From an uncultured virus (IMG/VR IMGVR_UViG_2061766007_000271) (lineage: Duplodnaviria > Heunggongvirae > Uroviricota > Caudoviricetes), in the IMG/VR virus record IMGVR_UViG_2061766007_000271: a DNA stretch of 64,000 nt; one strand, given 5' to 3'. Below the pieces are notes generated by a model that worked only from the letters and a program-made list of their open reading frames with translations, was not told the origin of the DNA and made no database searches. Position 1 is the first letter of the stretch. Every line of letters starts with the position of its first letter. Positions 58,963 to 64,000 of this stretch are shown one piece after another. The position numbers and the translations under genes were made by a program.

Positions 58963-59937
58963 TTACTTCCCGAATGTTTTTTCGTGAAGATTAAGCAGAT
59001 TCATCTGTAATGCAGAGTATTCTTTTGCCTTTGTGAAAATCGTCCTGTGTTCAGACATGACGTTTTCAAGCGGGAACGTGGCGATTTCCACCAGCTTCAA
59101 TTCGGCAATGTCGTCGTCGGGCTTCGGATTCCCGCCAGTCCTGACCATCGCGAACAGCGTCGTGATGATTTTGTCCTGTTCATTGCGGTAACGCCAATCA
59201 TCGATTTTGAACGAGCCGAGATACTGCGACACCTTGCAGTCCAGATGCGTCTCTTCCTTCGCTTCGCGAATCGCTGCGTCCTCATGACTATTGTCGTTCG
59301 GGTCTGCGAATCCGCCGACCAGACGGTAATGTATCTCCTGCGGTTTTCTCGCAAGCCAAATTTTCTGACAGGTGTCATCGTCAAAGATGGCGCAGTCCAC
59401 CGTGCAGAATGCCGTCGGATAACGCTGTTCCGTCGCATAGACCACCCCAGCCCTCCATGACGGTGCATCGTAGGGATTGCGTCCCAACACTTTGCATGCC
59501 TCGCGCCAATTAGAGTTCGTCGTGGTTTCGAGCTTTACGAGCTTATGCGTACCGTGATAGCGGTTCACGACTTCAGCTTCAGTGCCGTAATATGTCATAT
59601 CGGCATTTTCATCCTTGCAAGTCGTCGTAATCAGCTCGTCAAGCTGTTTCGACCAAAATTCATCACCATTTGCATCTTTCAGATAAATGATGTCCCTCTC
59701 CGTCAAACGGTCGCCATAGGCTTCGAGAATCATCGTCCGCCTTGCATTAAAGTCAAGCGGGTGATTTTTCGTAGCTTTCATAAACGATATGCCAAGCACG
59801 ATAATATGCTTGTCGTGTTTTGTAGCCAAGAATTTATCGATTGGCTCCCTATACCCGTCCAAAAGCACAGGGGTCTGAAATTCGCCAATCAACACACCCA
59901 CGTCCAGTTTTTTCTTTCTATTGGTCTTTTCCATCAT
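58963..59937 (-). CDS. NadM-Nudix protein (degenerate adenylyltransferase domain plus ADP-ribose pyrophosphatase-like Nudix)
   Basis: IGEFQ, KNHPLDF..R..MI, W..QL, RAGVVYA, TVD, Nudix box GGFAD....E.AA.REAKEET, DDWRY, DDIAE. Confidence 0.85.
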   Translation of the reverse strand: MMEKTNRKKKLDVGVLIGEFQTPVLLDGYREPIDKFLATKHDKHIIVLGISFMKATKNHPLDFNARRTMILEAYGDRLTERDIIYLKDANGDEFWSKQLDELITTTCKDENADMTYYGTEAEVVNRYHGTHKLVKLETTTNSNWREACKVLGRNPYDAPSWRAGVVYATEQRYPTAFCTVDCAIFDDDTCQKIWLARKPQEIHYRLVGGFADPNDNSHEDAAIREAKEETHLDCKVSQYLGSFKIDDWRYRNEQDKIITTLFAMVRTGGNPKPDDDIAELKLVEIATFPLENVMSEHRTIFTKAKEYSALQMNLLNLHEKTFGK

Positions 59938-60223
59938 ACGCTCCTTCCAGTTTTTCATCGTTAATCAGAACGACATTGTTCGCATGAAACAAATACACCC
60001 CTCCATTTGTCGTCTCAATCTGGATTTGGTCGGAATTCTCATAATCATACCATTTTCTCACCTTGAGCACTCTCACCGTCCCGTCGGGGAACCTCGCCTC
60101 GCACTTGTTGAATTTCCAATGCGTGTCGAAAATGACACCGCCTTTGTTGCATGAAACAAGAAGCAACCCCAAAACCACGGTAATTGCCAATGCCAAAAAT
60201 TCAAGCTTGAAAATATTTTTCAT
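59918..60223 (-). CDS. small lipoprotein
   Basis: Lipobox LVSC after hydrophobic signal. Confidence 0.7.
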   Translation of the reverse strand: MKNIFKLEFLALAITVVLGLLLVSCNKGGVIFDTHWKFNKCEARFPDGTVRVLKVRKWYDYENSDQIQIETTNGGVYLFHANNVVLINDEKLEGAYDGKDQ

Positions 60224-60288
60224 AATACTTCTCCTGTACTGAATCCTACATAAAGGGGCGCGGAAAATGCGCCCCTCCCGTCATGTGC

Positions 60289-61668
60289 TTATGCTACCGC
60301 AAGCTGTTCAGGCGTGAGCTTCGCGTAACGTTCGGCGAAACGCTTCTCGAATTGAGCCTTGATAGCCCAAGGCTCGTTGGTCAAACGCCAATTGATAGTG
60401 CGTTGCAGATAGTTCACGTAGTCTTCGCTACGGCACATGCCCTTGCCTGGGTCGTCGGAGAGCTTGGCGACTGGGCTTCCATTGCATTCCGTCACCTTGC
60501 AGACGATGTTCAGACCTGGAAGATACGTGTCGGTCGCGAGATAGCCACCGATTCCAGAACAGGGTTCAAGCTCATCGATGAAATGACGGTAGATGTCGGT
60601 CATGTTCGCGAATGTCAAACTGTTGGAGAACAACAGCGTCTTGCTCGCGATGTTGATGCTGTAGCAGTCGTACAGAGACAGGATTTTTTCGCCCCACACA
60701 TACGGATTACCAGAATCATGACGGGGACCACCGAACAAGGTCGCGTAGGTCAGGTCGAAGTCGCGCAGGAAGACATCAGTGCCGATTGTGTCGGACAGCA
60801 TTATTCCATTTCTTGTTTGATATACGTCAGTCCACGCTTTCATGGCGAAGTGATTGGAATAAGCTGGATTGTTACGAGGGTCTCCCTGACCGACGCACTG
60901 CACGAATTCGTGCGCCATAGTACCAACGGCTTTCACGCCATGCTTAATGGCGAGTTCGACATCGGACGTGCCGACAAATCCTGGGGCATTCGCTTTCAGA
61001 TAGCCAACGAGCCAGTCATGGCTTTCGGCGGACAACCGACGGCGAAGACCGAATTCGGAGAACTTACCAATTTCATAAGTGCCGTTCTTCAAGCCATTGA
61101 CCTTGGCTTCCGTCCTTCTCTTGAATTCGTCGAACAACAACGGCATTTCGCCAGTGAACGCAAAATAGACTTCGGACACGATTTGCAGAAGAGCGATTTC
61201 GTACATGGATGTATTCAGATGAAGACCAAGACCCATCTTGTAACCAGTCGGGCTGGTGATGTCAGGTTCGATTTCACCGAATTCCACAGCAAGTCCGCAA
61301 TCAGTATAAGGTACAAGATGCACCTTGTCGGTCTGGTCGCCGTATGGATTTTCGGTATTGCCGTCCTGAATGACGATTTCCTCGCGGACGGGATGCCAGA
61401 AACGGAGCCAGTTCAGATAGCCTTCGGAAAGCCAAGGCTGAGCGATACGGAGCTGGTTGATTTGCTCAGGAGTGAAACGCAAAGAGCAGAAATAATCGAA
61501 CTGCTCTCGGATTTCCTGAACCATTTCCTTTGTGAAATAGACTTTGCTTCTGCACTTGAACGTCCAGCGAGTGCGGTAGTTGTTGAACAGCAGGAAGAAC
61601 ACGTTGCCCATGCTGAATTTGTAGGCATCGGTACCCAACAGGGATGTAATAATCGGTTTCAGTTTCAT
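60289..61668 (-). CDS. pncB: nicotinate phosphoribosyltransferase
   Basis: TDAYKFSM, SEFGLRRR, GTS, GTMAHE, RHDSG, GIG, KLSDDPGK. Confidence 0.93.
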   Translation of the reverse strand: MKLKPIITSLLGTDAYKFSMGNVFFLLFNNYRTRWTFKCRSKVYFTKEMVQEIREQFDYFCSLRFTPEQINQLRIAQPWLSEGYLNWLRFWHPVREEIVIQDGNTENPYGDQTDKVHLVPYTDCGLAVEFGEIEPDITSPTGYKMGLGLHLNTSMYEIALLQIVSEVYFAFTGEMPLLFDEFKRRTEAKVNGLKNGTYEIGKFSEFGLRRRLSAESHDWLVGYLKANAPGFVGTSDVELAIKHGVKAVGTMAHEFVQCVGQGDPRNNPAYSNHFAMKAWTDVYQTRNGIMLSDTIGTDVFLRDFDLTYATLFGGPRHDSGNPYVWGEKILSLYDCYSINIASKTLLFSNSLTFANMTDIYRHFIDELEPCSGIGGYLATDTYLPGLNIVCKVTECNGSPVAKLSDDPGKGMCRSEDYVNYLQRTINWRLTNEPWAIKAQFEKRFAERYAKLTPEQLAVA

Positions 61669-61750
61669 ACTTTTTTTCTCCTTTTTTTAACGTTTTAACT
61701 TAGGATTGATGCCATGCGCCAACCGAAGCGCACGGACTTTTCATATAATT

Positions 61751-61778
61751 AATATACACCAGAATTCTGAAAATGCAA
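61751..61778 (-). promoter_or_regulatory. class I promoter upstream of pncB
   Basis: TTGCAT-16 bp-TATATT. Confidence 0.7.
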
Positions 61779-61779
61779 A

Positions 61780-61968
61780 TTATTTCTTGCTGGATTCCTT
61801 CATTTGCTTCCCGAATTCCTGAATCAGCCCTGAAAGTGTTGCTGATTCGTCTTTTTCACCGTCCTCAAATTCGCGACGGCGTTTAGGTGTATCCTCGATG
61901 CACATAAAATCGAGGAATGCGTCAATCTTCTTGATGATTTTCTTCCAAATGTCTTTCATGCTTTTCAT
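61780..61968 (-). CDS. small hypothetical protein
   Basis: Short ORF after promoter variant at 62002-62029 (TTGACT-16-CATATT). Confidence 0.45.
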   Translation of the reverse strand: MKSMKDIWKKIIKKIDAFLDFMCIEDTPKRRREFEDGEKDESATLSGLIQEFGKQMKESSKK

Positions 61969-62135
61969 CCTTTCTAACATTTTAACTTAGGATTTTACAT
62001 TAATATGACTTGTTTTTTGAAAAAGTCAACTTATTATACTAAAGAAAAATAAAGAAAAAGTAAAATAATTGAAATTAATTTTTACTTATAAAATAGCTTT
62101 CTATAAAAAAGAAATTTCAACAGGATAGAATAGAT

Positions 62136-63014
62136 ATGAAAAGCAAATTCAACAAGATAACCGAAAAACTCTTTCTTGCCCACGTAAAGAAAGCGAATTT
62201 GACATTAAATATGGAAGAAGTGGAAAAGAATCAGCATGGTGTCCAAGTCGAACTAGACGGTCATTTCGACAAAGCCCCAATCACCGAATCGTTATCAGAG
62301 GAAAACAAGAATCTGCACAATCTCGCTGAAGAATTCGCAAACGCATTGTGGGACTACAAAAAAGAGAATCCGAACGACGACTTGCTCGATGAATTATCGA
62401 AAGACGACCTGAATCCGAACAAATACGAGCTTGTCCATGACGAGAACAAAAACAAGATGTACTTGTTCGTTCCGTTCACATCCTTGTATGAATCAAAGGG
62501 CAAACAGCACGAAGCTATTTTTGAAGATACATACAATAATATCCAGAACGCATTCAGGGAATTCATCAAAGAAGACTTGGCACTTTACCGCGTCAATCCG
62601 AATACGAGCATTTCATTCTTCACGAAAGAACGTGGAGCCACTAACAATATTGAAGGATATGCAGTCACGTTTGAAATCGAAAATGTTTGCAGTAAGAACA
62701 ATGACAGCCTTACCACAACAGTATCCATGAACATCAAGAAAGGTCAGGAAGTCATTTTCGACAACGATGCCAGAAACACATTTGAATTCAGCAGATACGA
62801 CATCAAGAAGGCATCCACGCACGACGACCAGAAAATCACATTCACTCCTTACAAGGGAATCGCCTCGTTCTTCCACAGCGTGTCCCAAAGCGAAAAAGCA
62901 TTTAAGGAACTGGAGGATAAAATCAAGAGACTGCAAGCCGACGTAAGGCAGTTCATGTGGAAGTCGATAGACTTGTTAATGAGGTCGTTCAAGGAAGAAA
63001 CCAGTTCAAAATAG
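62136..63014 (+). CDS. hypothetical protein
   Basis: 292-aa ORF, first plus-strand gene. Confidence 0.7.
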   Translation: MKSKFNKITEKLFLAHVKKANLTLNMEEVEKNQHGVQVELDGHFDKAPITESLSEENKNLHNLAEEFANALWDYKKENPNDDLLDELSKDDLNPNKYELVHDENKNKMYLFVPFTSLYESKGKQHEAIFEDTYNNIQNAFREFIKEDLALYRVNPNTSISFFTKERGATNNIEGYAVTFEIENVCSKNNDSLTTTVSMNIKKGQEVIFDNDARNTFEFSRYDIKKASTHDDQKITFTPYKGIASFFHSVSQSEKAFKELEDKIKRLQADVRQFMWKSIDLLMRSFKEETSSK

Positions 63015-63038
63015 CATAACGCATACAATCCAGATTGT

Positions 63039-63068
63039 AAAAGCCAGCAAACATTTGCTGGCTTTTTT
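63039..63068 (+). terminator. intrinsic terminator
   Basis: AAAAGCCAGCAAA/TTTGCTGGCTTTTTT. Confidence 0.75.
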
Positions 63069-63293
63069 GTTTCATAAAGTAAAATAAATAAAATGGATGC
63101 TTTTTCAAAGGGAATTATATACTTTAGCTTCCGACTTGACAGGATGGACAGAATTATCACAGGTGAATTCCAGCATCATGTTTCATACAGGGAACTTATC
63201 GCACAGTCAATTTTTCGTTTATTCTTATGAGTATAAATAGTATTGGTGTTTTTTTGAAGTTGATTCTATTATAACAAACAAGGAACAAAAACA

Positions 63294-64000
63294 ATGAACA
63301 GGAACATCAAAATAGCAAAGCAATTGATAGGGTTGGCAAAAGACTTGCTTATGGACACGAACATCACCGTCACTAATGATGGAAGTAAAGAGAGTAATTA
63401 TTCGATTAATTATGCTATGAATGGAAATATTGCCAACAAACCTGGCAAATATAATAATTTCTCTGGCCATATTGATTGGAAGAATATCAATGGATGGGTG
63501 GAAAATGCGATATTTGAGTTAAATGAAGGAACGATTTCAATTACTTTTGAAAAAGGTACTTGGTATAATGGTACTTGGGAAAATGGTATTTGGGAAGGTG
63601 GCATTTGGAGAGGTGGCACTTGGAAAAATGGTACTTGGAAATATGGCTCTTGGAAAGGTGGTACTTGGGAAAATGGTCATTGGTATAGAGGCGATTGGTA
63701 TAATGGCATTTGGAAAGGTGGAATTTGGGAAAATGGCACTTGGTGGAATGGTACTTGGGAAAAAGGCACTTGGAAAAATGGTGCTTGGTGGAATGGCACT
63801 TGGGAAAATGGTACTTGGGAATATGGTGGTTGGATAGATGGCACTTGGAAAAATGGTACTTGGGAATATGGCATTTGGAAAAAAGGCATTTGGGAAAAAG
63901 GCATTTGGGAATATGGTGTTTGGGAATATGGTGTTTGGGAAGATGGCACTTGGGAAGGTGGAAAAGATAGGAAGGGCAATGAGCATGGAGCAGGCGACAG
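63294..64000 (+). CDS. GxWxx pentapeptide-repeat protein with shared leader, 3'-truncated
   Basis: Not in ORF track; ATG 63294 MNRNIKIAKQLIGLAKDLLMD, open to window end. Confidence 0.8.
   Translation, partial: MNRNIKIAKQLIGLAKDLLMDTNITVTNDGSKESNYSINYAMNGNIANKPGKYNNFSGHIDWKNINGWVENAIFELNEGTISITFEKGTWYNGTWENGIWEGGIWRGGTWKNGTWKYGSWKGGTWENGHWYRGDWYNGIWKGGIWENGTWWNGTWEKGTWKNGAWWNGTWENGTWEYGGWIDGTWKNGTWEYGIWKKGIWEKGIWEYGVWEYGVWEDGTWEGGKDRKGNEHGAGD
63555..63959 (+). repeat. 27 x 15-bp coding tandem repeat (consensus GTWEN)
   Basis: GGY-ACT-TGG-GAA-AAT-like units counted by hand. Confidence 0.9.

Noticed and set aside
60283..61698. Long plus-strand ORFs antisense to real genes (also 40193-41050, 53913-54878, 57263-58081)
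   Set aside because: Shadow frames of motif-bearing minus-strand genes, with no recognisable motifs.
63410..63986. Alternative-frame repeat ORFs and possible CRISPR-like array
   Set aside because: Products of the 15-bp coding repeat; no spacers and no cas genes in the window.
1..64000. Stop-codon reassignment as in some large gut phages
   Set aside because: Conserved enzymes are full length in the standard code, and TAA, TGA and TAG all end genes at sensible positions.

Overview
A 64-kb piece of a large dsDNA (jumbo-type) phage genome, read in the standard code. Genes are densely packed, nearly all on the minus strand up to ~62.0 kb, then on the plus strand. Replication and transcription genes: DnaB helicase, DnaG primase, a sigma70-like factor, a SNF2 helicase, a UvsY-like protein, a dNMP kinase, and a Ski2/Hel308-type helicase split inside motif V into two genes 1.75 kb apart. 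Other recognisable genes: a Hef-like homing endonuclease, a ferritin/DpsL protein, two radical-SAM enzymes, an Aah/TibC-type protein O-heptosyltransferase beside four related beta-rich proteins, a tRNA-Leu(UAA) lacking the long variable arm, and many small paralogue families. The main candidate system is a contiguous pncB / NadM-Nudix / nadD / pncA / nadE cluster, i.e. a full deamidating (Preiss-Handler) NAD+ salvage route that could recycle both products of NAD-cleaving defence enzymes. The second is a set of at least six otherwise unrelated proteins (two zinc peptidases, a 2H phosphoesterase, a GxW-repeat protein and others) sharing a short N-terminal amphipathic leader that may be a capsid-packaging signal. 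The scaffold has many N gaps flanked by near-duplicate sequence, most likely two co-assembled strains. All calls come from reading motifs by eye; no database searches were run.
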